From the NCBI GenBank assembly GCA_943356775.1, contig CALRFU010000001.1, positions 7,203 to 71,202 on the forward strand: a stretch of 64,000 nt of DNA. Reading direction: 5' to 3'. Each line of letters opens with the position of its first letter. Within the stretch, counting starts at the first letter, position 1. The position numbers were made by a program, and so were the translations under genes. Below the pieces are notes generated by a model. It was not told where the DNA came from. It saw only the letters and a list, made by a program, of their open reading frames with translations, and did not search any database. This document shows, one piece after another, positions 11,410-21,095 of the stretch. This DNA is from Candidatus Nomurabacteria bacterium. GTDB taxonomy: Bacteria; Patescibacteriota; Minisyncoccia; Phycocordibacterales; UBA2100.

Positions 11410-11670
11410 ATGAATACCTTCCATCTCACGATAGCGAGCGTTGGAGAAACGCGCTTTGACGGTGCTGCCGTTTCCGCCACACTTCCGGGTACCGCCGGAG
11501 AATTTACGATTCTCCCGCATCACGAACCCATCGTCACGACCCTAAAGCCGGGGACAATCACGGTGCGCCTGCCTGCGCAGGCAGGCGAAAGTGAAGGGGA
11601 ACAAAAGACATTTGAGATAGAAAGTGGCGTGCTTGAGTGTTCGGGCAGCCGCGTGGTCGTGTTGCTCTAG
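11410..11670 (+). CDS. atpC: F-type ATP synthase epsilon subunit (short, beta-sandwich only)
   Basis: 86 aa. LTIASVGETRFDG...EFTILPHHEPIVTTLKPG matches the epsilon N-terminal beta-sandwich. Confidence 0.85.
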   Translation: MNTFHLTIASVGETRFDGAAVSATLPGTAGEFTILPHHEPIVTTLKPGTITVRLPAQAGESEGEQKTFEIESGVLECSGSRVVVLL

Positions 11671-11727
11671 AGGAGTGTTTTCAACACAGATGCCGATTTC
11701 TGTCATCGCAGGCCGTATACTGGCCAG

Positions 11728-12918
11728 ATGTCAGCGATGCATAAAGTAGAGGCAACTGCTTTGATTGTGAGCGTTCTACTCGCGCCATTCGTGCTTTCGG
11801 CTGCACAAGCCATTGATGCCGGATGCCGGGCGGCTACTCCGTCTGACCAGGCCCAACGCGCTGCCCGAGGAATACCGGAGACGTTTCAAGTCTGCCCAGG
11901 CGATGTACAAGCGCTCGGTATTGGGCAAAATTTCGAGCAGTGGTACGACCGGCTCAAGACCCAATCGCCTTGTAACAGAAATACGTGCACTCTGTCGTGT
12001 CGGACTCGCAATACAGGAGCACAAGTGTGTGGTCCGACGGCGACACGATGGAATTCGATCGGGTGTCATCCCAACAATAGAACCGCGATCTTCCCGACCG
12101 TTTCTCATGGATTCGCTGCGCACATTGAGCTGCTTCGCCGCTACTGCGGTGAGCGTGGACGCTGTACTATTGGAAGTGTTGTCCAACAGTGGACCGCAAC
12201 GGTTGGTGACCGACCGGCCTATGCTAACTTCGTTTCCAGAAACGCTGGCATTCCGGCGAATCAGGTGTATGACCCAAACGATATTGATCTGGTCGGAAGA
12301 CTTGCTCTCGCGATGTCGTGTTTCGAGGCAGGTTCCATGCCGTACAGCGCCGCCGAACTCAAGCAAGGCCTCGCTATGGCTGCGGGCGGAGCCAGAGTAC
12401 CCGTTCCTGCCAACGTCGGACAGTTGCTGGAAGAAAGTCTACAGGGAGGCTACGCCTCCAATCCGGGCTATTCGCCGAACTCTAGTCCGGGGAGCTGGGC
12501 GTATCCTCCCTCTAGTGCCAGTCAGAGCAATTACAGACCTCCACCTCCGCCGCCGATGCAACCGCTGATTCAATCACCATCTCGGCCGGAGCCCAAACCA
12601 GACCTGCCACTGACGCTTCCGCCGACTAATAATCTAGGCGCATCAGGAACGAACGTCCCATCTGCGTTACTCATCATCGCCCAGTCTCCACGGATTTCTC
12701 GTGGCGGCACAGCCCTTATCTCGTGGGTCTCGGTGGGGATGAAGCCCGATTCGTGTTCCGTCACACAAAACGGCTCCTTATTTGCGCGGGGGAATCAGGG
12801 CAGCAAAATATTTTCTTCGGCACTTACGGGTAGCCCAGGGTCAGCACGTGTCGTTCTGAGTTGCGTTTCGATCTCGGGTTCCACTCTTGAAAGAGACATC
12901 ACGATAACAGTTTTATGA
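11728..12918 (+). CDS. Secreted protein of unknown function (paralog 1): signal peptide, Cys-rich core, Pro-rich linker, C-terminal beta-rich domain
   Basis: Signal peptide with AQA cleavage site. Conserved blocks shared with 13235..15058 (C.R.N.GA, FP.V.HG.AA.I.L, GIP.NQ..DP, G.NQGS). Confidence 0.6.
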   Translation: MSAMHKVEATALIVSVLLAPFVLSAAQAIDAGCRAATPSDQAQRAARGIPETFQVCPGDVQALGIGQNFEQWYDRLKTQSPCNRNTCTLSCRTRNTGAQVCGPTATRWNSIGCHPNNRTAIFPTVSHGFAAHIELLRRYCGERGRCTIGSVVQQWTATVGDRPAYANFVSRNAGIPANQVYDPNDIDLVGRLALAMSCFEAGSMPYSAAELKQGLAMAAGGARVPVPANVGQLLEESLQGGYASNPGYSPNSSPGSWAYPPSSASQSNYRPPPPPPMQPLIQSPSRPEPKPDLPLTLPPTNNLGASGTNVPSALLIIAQSPRISRGGTALISWVSVGMKPDSCSVTQNGSLFARGNQGSKIFSSALTGSPGSARVVLSCVSISGSTLERDITITVL

Positions 12919-13035
12919 GCGTTATTCGACATACTGCGCGTACGCGAGGGTCTACTGATACTGATAGGGGTTGCCCTTATTTTTCCTGCAGTTGCGCTGG
13001 GTGCAATGCAGAAAGTGGTGTGCAATCCGGGGACA

Positions 13036-13186
13036 ACTCACGATTCTCCCGCATCACGAACCCATCGTCACGACCCTGAAGCCGGGGACAATCACGGTGC
13101 GCCAGGCAGAAGCTGAACCGACCGAGTTTAAAATAGAAAATGGCGTGCTTGAGTGTTCGGGCAGCCGTGTCGTTGTGTTGCTCTAG
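13036..13186 (+). pseudogene. 5'-truncated, diverged copy of atpC 3' half
   Basis: Encodes ILPHHEPIVTTLKPGTITVR...GVLECSGSRVVVLL*. The first 59 nt and last 37 nt are near-identical to atpC 11506..11670 and the middle has diverged. No atpC N-terminus is present. Confidence 0.75.
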
Positions 13187-13234
13187 ACATTGTTTTCAAC
13201 AGCAAGGGAAAAGTACGAGCTCAAGAAGGGTACA

Positions 13235-15058
13235 ATGAACGCAATGCGATTGGCGGCTCTATTTTTTGTTGCGCTCCTTTGTATCCTGCCCGCGGCACTA
13301 TTTGCAGCGGAGAAATTTGATCCGAAGGCGTATAACGGAAGTGACGACCAATGTCTGGATGAGAAGATTGTTATCACTAACGGGAAGGTGGGCACTCAAA
13401 AAGGTCGCACAGACACCGAACGATACAAAACCTGCAAAAATATCTCTGGTGGCTGTTCGCTCGCAAAGGAGAAGCTACAACCACCGGAATGCATTTGTGG
13501 AAAATTATACTACCCTCGCGAGGGAAAGAGTCCCGTCCCACTCGATAAATGCGATCCAGACATAAAAAAGAAGCTAGCGAAAGCGATGGCGGGAGGTATC
13601 GAGGGCATGGCCGCTTTTGCGACGCAGGAAAGGATAGCGGAGCGAATCGGGGAAATAGATGCATCGACGGCGGACGGCAGAGGTAAGCTCTCCCAGATAC
13701 TTCAGAGCTATGGAGTGACTAAAGCCGAGGCTGACGCGAAAGTGAACGACACAGATAAGGCCGCCGACGTACAGGCCCAGCTGCAAAAATTCGTCGGCAC
13801 ATCCGATACTGCTGAGGCAAAAAAAGTCGCGGACGACCTTGGACTCAAACTCAACGAAAACCTTACAGACGCGGTGCGCCTCGATCCAAAAAAGTACGAA
13901 GCAATTTTTTCCAAAGAAGAACTCGAGCGTGAGCAAATCGTCGTGCCGACGACCTTCCAAGAAGTCGTGCGGGGAGTAGTTGCTGGTACCCTCGCTCCTC
14001 TCTGCGGCAACTTGGGGGGATGTAGCGATGTTGCCTGTCAGAGCAATCCCGGCTCACTCACGTGTCGCACCAACAATCCCGGCGCCCTCACGTGGGCACC
14101 GTGGGAAGCAAAGTATGGCGGGCAGCCGTGTGGTGAGCGGAACAACACGGCTTGTTTTCCTAGTCTTGAGCATGGCCTTGCCGCAAAGATTGACCTCATT
14201 ACCGGCTCCAAATATCTCGGCGGTAGCAACAATACGATTCTCTCAATGCTGTGTAATGGATATGCTCCGAATTCGGACGGCAACAATTGCGGTTCTTATG
14301 CCACGTTCGTCCAGAATCAAACAGGCATCCCTATGAACCAAACCATCGACCCAAAGAATCCGGAACAAATAGGGAAGATAGCGATGGCGATGGCGCGTAT
14401 GGAAAACGGAAAATTCGTGCCGTTTACTCCCCAGCAGCTCGAAAATGCGATGGCCATGGTCTATGGCGGGACATTGCCCAATGGCACCCCGGGGTTCATA
14501 CCGCAAACAGCTTACGGCACGAATAATGGCAACGGATTCAACTCACCATTCAATTTTAGTTCTCCACCTTCGCCCACCAATGTAGGCTACGGCAGCCCGT
14601 TTGCAGGCACTTCTCAGGCTCCTGTCGCTCAAGCTTCGTACTCACAGCCACAGCCAACGCAGGCGGCGACACCTGTCTCGCAAACTATCGCGCAGCCAAC
14701 GTCTATTACTCAAACGCAAACGACCACCTCCGGCACGTCGAGCGTCGCCCAAAAGCTTCAACTAGCGCTCCAAGACGGGACGGGAACCACTGGTCAATCT
14801 CCGGCGACCGTCATCGCAGAGCCCAAAGATGTGACGAGAGGCAATCCGATTACTGTTGCTTGGACCAGCGTCGGCATGAGTGCAGACACTCCTTGTACGC
14901 TCCGAGCCAACTCGACCTTTATCGCCGAGGGTAATCAGGGCTCCAGGGTGGTGCCAACTACTGCGGCAACGCGAGTCGGCTCGCTCATCTTTACGCTCTC
15001 GTGCACCACCGCCTCAGGTACGAAATACCAAAGAACGGCGGCTGTTATGGTACGCTAG
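13235..15058 (+). CDS. Secreted protein of unknown function (paralog 2), with long Ser/Thr/Pro/Gln-rich linker
   Basis: Signal peptide MRLAALFFVALLCILPAALFA. Shares the Cys-rich core, the GIPMNQ block and the C-terminal domain (W.SVGM...C....N..F...GNQGS) with 11728..12918. The start is chosen at an internal Met. Confidence 0.6.
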   Translation: MNAMRLAALFFVALLCILPAALFAAEKFDPKAYNGSDDQCLDEKIVITNGKVGTQKGRTDTERYKTCKNISGGCSLAKEKLQPPECICGKLYYPREGKSPVPLDKCDPDIKKKLAKAMAGGIEGMAAFATQERIAERIGEIDASTADGRGKLSQILQSYGVTKAEADAKVNDTDKAADVQAQLQKFVGTSDTAEAKKVADDLGLKLNENLTDAVRLDPKKYEAIFSKEELEREQIVVPTTFQEVVRGVVAGTLAPLCGNLGGCSDVACQSNPGSLTCRTNNPGALTWAPWEAKYGGQPCGERNNTACFPSLEHGLAAKIDLITGSKYLGGSNNTILSMLCNGYAPNSDGNNCGSYATFVQNQTGIPMNQTIDPKNPEQIGKIAMAMARMENGKFVPFTPQQLENAMAMVYGGTLPNGTPGFIPQTAYGTNNGNGFNSPFNFSSPPSPTNVGYGSPFAGTSQAPVAQASYSQPQPTQAATPVSQTIAQPTSITQTQTTTSGTSSVAQKLQLALQDGTGTTGQSPATVIAEPKDVTRGNPITVAWTSVGMSADTPCTLRANSTFIAEGNQGSRVVPTTAATRVGSLIFTLSCTTASGTKYQRTAAVMVR

Positions 15059-15073
15059 CGCGGCAGGACGAAC

Positions 15074-15364
15074 ATGGCCTTCAAGAGAACAATAGAGGAT
15101 TTTGTTTGTGAGCATTGCGGCACTTCCGTGAAAGGCGATGGGTACACCAATCATTGCCCGCAATGCCTGTGGAGCAAGCATGTGGATGTAGAGCCAGGAG
15201 ATAGGGCGGCTACGTGCGGGGGGATGATGGAACCAATCGCGCTCGAAGGCGGGACCGGCAAGTATCGCATCATCCAAAGGTGTGAACGGTGCGAAATCTC
15301 GCGCCCCATAGCGGTAGGGAAGAACGATGATATGAAGGCAGTATTGGCTCTTGCGGGAAATTGA
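15074..15364 (+). CDS. RNHCP-domain zinc-ribbon protein
   Basis: 96 aa with CEHC, the signature TNHCPQC and the pair CERC. This matches the RNHCP-domain pattern as I recall it. Confidence 0.5.
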   Translation: MAFKRTIEDFVCEHCGTSVKGDGYTNHCPQCLWSKHVDVEPGDRAATCGGMMEPIALEGGTGKYRIIQRCERCEISRPIAVGKNDDMKAVLALAGN

Positions 15365-15384
15365 TAGCGTGTCATCATACTGAT

Positions 15385-15963
15385 ATGTCAGACGGCGGAG
15401 ATGGAGACGGCGGAAGCGGTGGTGGAGACGGCGGATTAGTCGACTTTTTTTGGGGTCCACTAAGCGGAGGTCCTCGCTCCATCCCTCATTACTACGGAGA
15501 TTACGTGCGCCAGCTCTTGTTGGGGGCTGCGGCACTCATGATGATATTTTCACCGCTGTACAGTGATGTGTTGCGCCAACAATTTCCTTTCATTATCATA
15601 GGTGCGGTTTTAGCCGTGTCGTTTGCCGCTTTGATGAACCCTCGTGATAAGTGGGTCGTCATCGGCAGTGCCGTCGTATCAGGAGGAGGTCTCGTTATCT
15701 ATGCGATGTGGGGTATGTTCGGATACGAAAACATAAGCCCTGTGGCGTTTATGCTGCGACTTGCCGTCGCGGTGATATTTCTCTTCGCATTCTATTTCAG
15801 CATGAAGACTCTTCGCGCATTTATGATGCGCCAGATAGGAAAGCGGGAGACGATTGATGAGTTTGAAGAGCCGGACGTAAAAATAGAGCAGGAAATGATT
15901 GAGCGTGAGGAAGTGCTCCGGGCGAAGGACGGTTCAGACGGATCACGTGGGCACAAGAAGTAA
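15385..15963 (+). CDS. Membrane protein with Gly/Asp-rich N-terminus (hypothetical)
   Basis: N-terminal MSDGGDGDGGSGGGDGG followed by about 4 hydrophobic helices. Confidence 0.4.
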   Translation: MSDGGDGDGGSGGGDGGLVDFFWGPLSGGPRSIPHYYGDYVRQLLLGAAALMMIFSPLYSDVLRQQFPFIIIGAVLAVSFAALMNPRDKWVVIGSAVVSGGGLVIYAMWGMFGYENISPVAFMLRLAVAVIFLFAFYFSMKTLRAFMMRQIGKRETIDEFEEPDVKIEQEMIEREEVLRAKDGSDGSRGHKK

Positions 15964-16167
15964 GAAGATATCCGTGCTTCTCGGGCACCCGGATAAGAAT
16001 GTTTTTTGCGGGGAGATGGCCAATGCCTACCGCGCGAGCGCAGTTGCTGCGGGGCACACCCACTCCTCGTCCGCCTCTTGCCGGGCAACGTCAATGCGCA
16101 GCTCAAGTGGGGAATACTGTGATTTGCGGATTTCCGACGCTGTTCGGGCGTATGGTACCATCGTACG

Positions 16168-18843
16168 GTGACCAAATCTTGGTACAAAGAAGAGTTGCCC
16201 GCGGTCTTTGAAGCGCTTCATTCGAATGAAGACGGACTCACGGTCGCGGACGCCGCACGGCGGTTGAAAGAAGATGGTCCCAATGCATTGCCGGAGGCAA
16301 AAGCTCCGGGTCTCGTCGTTACGTTCTTCCGGCAATTCCAGAGTCCGCTCATCTACATTCTGCTCGCCGCAAGCGGAATTGTATTTCTCTTGGGTGAAGT
16401 TGTGGATGCCGCCATCATTCTCTCGGTACTTCTCTTTAATGCGATTGTGGGCACTGTTCAGGAGGGAAGAGCGCAGAACACCCTCCTTGCGCTCAAGAAA
16501 TTTGTGGAGACTACCGCCACCGTGGTGCGAGACGGGCAAGAATTTATTATTCCGGACCGTGAAGTGGTGCGGGGCGATGTACTTCTATTGCAGGAGGGCG
16601 AAAAGATACCCGCGGATGCACGCGTGACCGCTTCGAGCGGTCTGAAGGTCGACGAGGCGTCTCTTACGGGGGAGTCCGAGCCGGTGAACAAAATACCGGA
16701 AGTTATAGAGGCAGAGATGCTCTCTACCCCCGAGCAACGCAATATGGTATTCAAGGGCTCAAACATTGTTGCCGGCAGCGGCAGAGCGGTTGTGGTGGGG
16801 ATTGGTCAGAATACGGTTATCGGCACCATCGCCACAGAAATATCCGCAATGGATTCCGAGATACCTCTGAAGGCGAGTATCCGGCATCTTTCCCGCGCCA
16901 TTATCATGGTCGTGGCGGTCATAAGCGTCATTCTTTTTATACTCGGACTTTGGAGGGGAGAGGAGATTGTCACCATCTTTACCACAGTGGTCTCTCTCGC
17001 AGTATCGGTAATCCCCGAAGGACTTCCTATCGTAATTACCCTCGTACTTGCGACAGGGGTCTGGCGCATGTCCAAGCGCAACGTTCTTGTAAAGAAGCTG
17101 CAGGCCGTCGAAGCTTTGGGGCAGGCGCGTGTCATTGCCGTCGACAAGACGGGTACGATTACTAAAAACGAACTCGTTATCCGCGAAGTGTGGACCGAGG
17201 GGAAGTCATTCAAAATCGGAGGCATCGGGTACGAACCGAAAGGAAGCATAGAATTTGGTGGTTCAGTAGTGGATGCCGCCAATCACCCGGAGTTACTCTA
17301 CGCCGGTAAAATGGGCGTTTTCTCCGCCAATGCGCGCGTGTCATTCTCAGAGGCGGAAGAACGGTGGCGTGTTGCGGGCGACCCGACTGAGGCGGCGATG
17401 CGCGTCTTTGGGGAGAAGGTTGGATTTTTTAAAGATGATTTAGTGCGTGAATGTCCGCTGGTATCCGAAATTCCTTTCGACTACCGTCTTAAATATCACG
17501 CTACCACGCACAACATTGAGGGAAAGAATTTCCTTACTGTGGAGGGCGCGCCCGAGGCGGTTCTTGCTCTGTGTACGCACATCCGCCGCGACGGAGGAAG
17601 ACATCCGTTGACCAAGAAAGACCGCGAAGAGCTTGAGGAGGTTCTCGTGCAGATGTCTGAGCGGGGTCTGCGCGTCGTAGCGGGAGCAATGCACGAGCAT
17701 ATCCCGGCATCTCTTACTCCGGAATCTCTGCGAGACCTCACCTTCGTAAGTCTTTTTGCTATGCAGGATGTACTGCGGCCTGAGGTGGCTGAGGCCATGA
17801 AGCGTGCGGCTTCTGCAGGCATCAAAGTGGTCATGATTACCGGCGACCACCGAATTACCGCGCGTGCTATCGCACAAGAGGCAGGCATCTGGAAGGAAGG
17901 AGATGAGGTACTCACCGCGACGGAAATAGACGCCATGTCCGATCTGCAGCTTGCGGAAAAGTTGACGACCGTCTCCGTCTTCGCGCGAGTGACGCCCGAA
18001 CACAAAATGCGCATTATTAATGCGTATAAGAAACGCGGAGAAATCGTCGCCATGACGGGCGATGGCGTAAACGATGCACCGCCCCTGGTCGCTGCCGACC
18101 TTGGTGTCGCCATGGGTAAAATCGGCACGGAGGTCGCCAAAGAGGCCGCGGACATTGTGCTTCTGGATGATAATTTCGGCAGTATTATTTCGGCCGTTGA
18201 GGAGGGGAGAAGTATCTACAAGACCATAAAGAAGGTGATTCTGTACCTATTTTCGACCAGTCTCGGGGAAGTGCTGGTAATTACGGGAGCGCTTGTGCTC
18301 GGGTATCCGCTGCCGGTCCTCGCGGCACAAATTATCTGGCTGAATTTCGTTACCGACGGATTTCTCGATGTATCGCTCGCGATGGAGCCCAGGGAGGAGG
18401 GTTTGCTTTCGGGCACGTTCAAGCATCCGAACAAATACATCGTGGACAAACTTATGGTGCAGCGCATGATTGTGATGGCGCTTCCGATGATGGTGGGAAC
18501 ACTCTTCATGTTCCAGGCATACTATGAGACCGACCTTACAAAAGCGTGGACGATATCCCTTACGACACTCGCAATCTTCCAGTGGTTTAACGCATGGAAT
18601 TGTCGCTCCGAGAGTAAGTCTATATTTCAGATGAATTTCTTCTCCAATATGTACCTCATCGGGGCAACGGCGCTCGTCATCTTCTTTCAAATACTCGCGG
18701 TGTACAACCCTTTCCTGCAGAGTATTCTCCGCACCGTTCCGCTCGAACTTTCAGAGTGGCTTATAATCGCGCTCATCGCCACCTCTATTATTGCGGCGGA
18801 AGAGACCCGCAAATATTTCTACCGTAAAACCCTGAACACTTGA
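16168..18843 (+). CDS. Cation-transporting P-type ATPase (type II, Ca2+/Mg2+-like)
   Basis: Phosphorylation motif DKTGTIT, TGES, hinge MTGDGVNDAPPLVAADLGVAMG, and 10 TM segments. Confidence 0.9.
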   Translation: MTKSWYKEELPAVFEALHSNEDGLTVADAARRLKEDGPNALPEAKAPGLVVTFFRQFQSPLIYILLAASGIVFLLGEVVDAAIILSVLLFNAIVGTVQEGRAQNTLLALKKFVETTATVVRDGQEFIIPDREVVRGDVLLLQEGEKIPADARVTASSGLKVDEASLTGESEPVNKIPEVIEAEMLSTPEQRNMVFKGSNIVAGSGRAVVVGIGQNTVIGTIATEISAMDSEIPLKASIRHLSRAIIMVVAVISVILFILGLWRGEEIVTIFTTVVSLAVSVIPEGLPIVITLVLATGVWRMSKRNVLVKKLQAVEALGQARVIAVDKTGTITKNELVIREVWTEGKSFKIGGIGYEPKGSIEFGGSVVDAANHPELLYAGKMGVFSANARVSFSEAEERWRVAGDPTEAAMRVFGEKVGFFKDDLVRECPLVSEIPFDYRLKYHATTHNIEGKNFLTVEGAPEAVLALCTHIRRDGGRHPLTKKDREELEEVLVQMSERGLRVVAGAMHEHIPASLTPESLRDLTFVSLFAMQDVLRPEVAEAMKRAASAGIKVVMITGDHRITARAIAQEAGIWKEGDEVLTATEIDAMSDLQLAEKLTTVSVFARVTPEHKMRIINAYKKRGEIVAMTGDGVNDAPPLVAADLGVAMGKIGTEVAKEAADIVLLDDNFGSIISAVEEGRSIYKTIKKVILYLFSTSLGEVLVITGALVLGYPLPVLAAQIIWLNFVTDGFLDVSLAMEPREEGLLSGTFKHPNKYIVDKLMVQRMIVMALPMMVGTLFMFQAYYETDLTKAWTISLTTLAIFQWFNAWNCRSESKSIFQMNFFSNMYLIGATALVIFFQILAVYNPFLQSILRTVPLELSEWLIIALIATSIIAAEETRKYFYRKTLNT

Positions 18844-18876
18844 ATTTTGGAGCAAAACAAGCGATAGTCAGGCATC

Positions 18877-19977
18877 ATGGGACTTTCAATAGGCATCGTC
18901 GGTCTTCCCAACGTCGGTAAATCGACGCTTTTTAATGCATTGACCAAGAAGGGCGTACCCGCCGAGAATTATCCTTTTTGTACGATTGACCCGTCCGTAG
19001 GCGTCGTGGCGGTTCCGGATTTCCGGCTCGATAAATTGGCCGTTATGTCCAACACGCAAAAAGTCGTATCCGCGATTGTTGAATTCGTGGATATTGCGGG
19101 TTTGGTGAAAGGAGCGTCGCAGGGTGAGGGATTGGGTAATCAATTTCTCACGCATATTCGCGAGGTGGATGCGATAGCGGAAGTAGTACGCATGTTTGAT
19201 GACGACGACGTCCATCACGTACAGGGTGAGACCGACCCGCTGCGCGACATTGAAACGATTGATTTGGAGCTTGTGCTTGCGGACATGCAGAGTGTCGAGA
19301 AGCGTCTTGAGCGTGCCGAGCGCGACTCAAAGGGTGGAGACAAGGAAATTATTGCCGAGCGTGACGTCCTGCAAAAAATACTTCCCGTGTTGAAGGTGGG
19401 GAAGGCGGCTCGCACGGTCGAGTTTACTGAAAAGGAAAAGCCGGTGGCAAAAGGCCTGCAGCTCCTTACCATGAAGCCGATTTTGTATGTGCTCAACAGA
19501 AAGAGCGGGACCGTGAATGTCGATGCGGAAAACGGAGAACGCTGGAGAGTTTTGCGGGAATTTCTCGAACGCGAGAAGGCACAGTATGTAGTGGTAGACG
19601 CCGGGGTCGAGAACGACCTCTCGGACGTGCATGACGACGAGCGCGCGGATTTCCGTCGTGAACTCGGCGTCGCCAATGACGGCCTCGATGATCTCATCAA
19701 GGGCGGATACAGCCTCCTCGACCTCATCTCATTCTTTACGACAGGAGAAAAGGAAACCCGTGCCTGGACGATAAAAAGAGGTTCGACTGCCCCCGAAGCA
19801 GGCGCCGCCATCCACACAGATTTCTTGAATAAGTTCATACGCGCGGAAGTCGTTCGCTGGGACGTGTTGCTTGAGGCTACCTCGTGGTCAAAAGCGCGTG
19901 AAAAGGGCACGCTTCGCACAGAAGGGAAAGAATATATCGTGCAAGATGGCGACGTAATGGAGTTTTTGCATAGCTAA
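18877..19977 (+). CDS. ychF: Ribosome-binding ATPase YchF (Obg-like GTPase family)
   Basis: G1 GIVGLPNVGKSTLFNALT, and a C-terminal TGS domain with the RAWTI block. Confidence 0.9.
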   Translation: MGLSIGIVGLPNVGKSTLFNALTKKGVPAENYPFCTIDPSVGVVAVPDFRLDKLAVMSNTQKVVSAIVEFVDIAGLVKGASQGEGLGNQFLTHIREVDAIAEVVRMFDDDDVHHVQGETDPLRDIETIDLELVLADMQSVEKRLERAERDSKGGDKEIIAERDVLQKILPVLKVGKAARTVEFTEKEKPVAKGLQLLTMKPILYVLNRKSGTVNVDAENGERWRVLREFLEREKAQYVVVDAGVENDLSDVHDDERADFRRELGVANDGLDDLIKGGYSLLDLISFFTTGEKETRAWTIKRGSTAPEAGAAIHTDFLNKFIRAEVVRWDVLLEATSWSKAREKGTLRTEGKEYIVQDGDVMEFLHS

Positions 19978-19988
19978 ACCTGTCTCGC

Positions 19989-20990
19989 TTGCGGTATCTA
20001 CCCCAAGTGCCATACTTTGGTCATATGGAGAAAGCAAAGGTAACGCCCAAGGACTTCGTTCTCTGGCTCGGTGCTATGGCCGCGCTGTATGCGGGAGTCG
20101 TGGCTTTTATTACGCTCGTGTTTGAGTATATTAATCACGCGTTTCCGAATCCCGTCACGAATTTGTATTATTACGATGCGTATTCAAATAGCAGCAGCAT
20201 CAGCTACGAGACAGCATCGCTCATCGTACTCACGCCCGTCTTCCTCGTCCTCATGCGATTGATACGGCGCGGTATTGCCGCTGACCCGTCACGCAATGAG
20301 ATTTGGGTTCGCCGTTGGGCGCTCTTCCTCACGCTCTTCTTGGCCGGCGCAACGATGGTCATCGATCTCATCATTCTTCTTAATACCTTTTTGCAGGGCG
20401 AGGACCTTACTACCGGATTCCTCCTCAAGGTGCTGACGGTGCTTCTCGTGATGGGGTTGGGCTTCATGCACTTCATGGCAGACCTCTGGGGATACTGGGA
20501 ACGCGAGAAAACACGTGCCCGCATGGTCAATTGGGCCGCGGGCGTACTCGTCCTCATCACGATAATCGCCGGATTCTTCATCATCGGCACTCCTCAGCAG
20601 ATGCGCGCTCAGAAACAAGACGCTATCCGCTTGCAGGATCTGCAAAACATTCAGTGGCAGATTGTGAATTATTGGCAGCAGAAAGAATCGCTTCCCGTAT
20701 CTCTCAATGATGTATTGGATCCGATTTCGGGCATCACAATCCCTGTTGACCCTGCAACGGGTGCGCCTTACGCGTACAAGCGCAACAGCCCGCTTGATTT
20801 TGTTCTCTGTGCGACTTTCGCGACCGAGGGGGGTACGAATGCGGGATACAACCTCCCTATGCCGGGGAAGACAGACCCTACGATGGGAGGCGAGCCGATT
20901 GAGGACAATTGGCTGCATGGCAAAGGAGAAGTCTGTTTTGACCGCTCCATTGACCCGCAACGTTACCCACCATACAGCAAGACGCAGTAG
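19989..20990 (+). CDS. Polytopic membrane protein, hypothetical
   Basis: Several hydrophobic helices. An alternative start at Met 20025 is possible. Confidence 0.4.
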   Translation: MRYLPQVPYFGHMEKAKVTPKDFVLWLGAMAALYAGVVAFITLVFEYINHAFPNPVTNLYYYDAYSNSSSISYETASLIVLTPVFLVLMRLIRRGIAADPSRNEIWVRRWALFLTLFLAGATMVIDLIILLNTFLQGEDLTTGFLLKVLTVLLVMGLGFMHFMADLWGYWEREKTRARMVNWAAGVLVLITIIAGFFIIGTPQQMRAQKQDAIRLQDLQNIQWQIVNYWQQKESLPVSLNDVLDPISGITIPVDPATGAPYAYKRNSPLDFVLCATFATEGGTNAGYNLPMPGKTDPTMGGEPIEDNWLHGKGEVCFDRSIDPQRYPPYSKTQ

Positions 20991-21095
20991 CGTCTTGCTC
21001 TGAGAACCCTCGGTTCTCAGCGGGTTTCACCCTGCTCTCCGACACGGGAAAACTACAGTTTTCCCGATCCCTTTCGCACGGCGCGTTCCGCGCCG
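20976..21095 (+). promoter_or_regulatory. Four consecutive perfect hairpins in the spacer upstream of leuS (terminator/leader candidate)
   Basis: The four hairpins are GCAAGACGC-agta-GCGTCTTGC (spans the upstream stop), GAGAACC-ctc-GGTTCTC, GGGAAAAC-taca-GTTTTCCC and CGGCGCG-ttc-CGCGCCG. Confidence 0.35.

Noticed and set aside
12971-13186. The 71-aa ORF 12971..13186 could be a functional second epsilon subunit.
   Set aside because: It lacks the whole N-terminal half of the epsilon beta-sandwich, and its N-terminal 22 residues are unrelated junk. I call it a pseudogene fragment.
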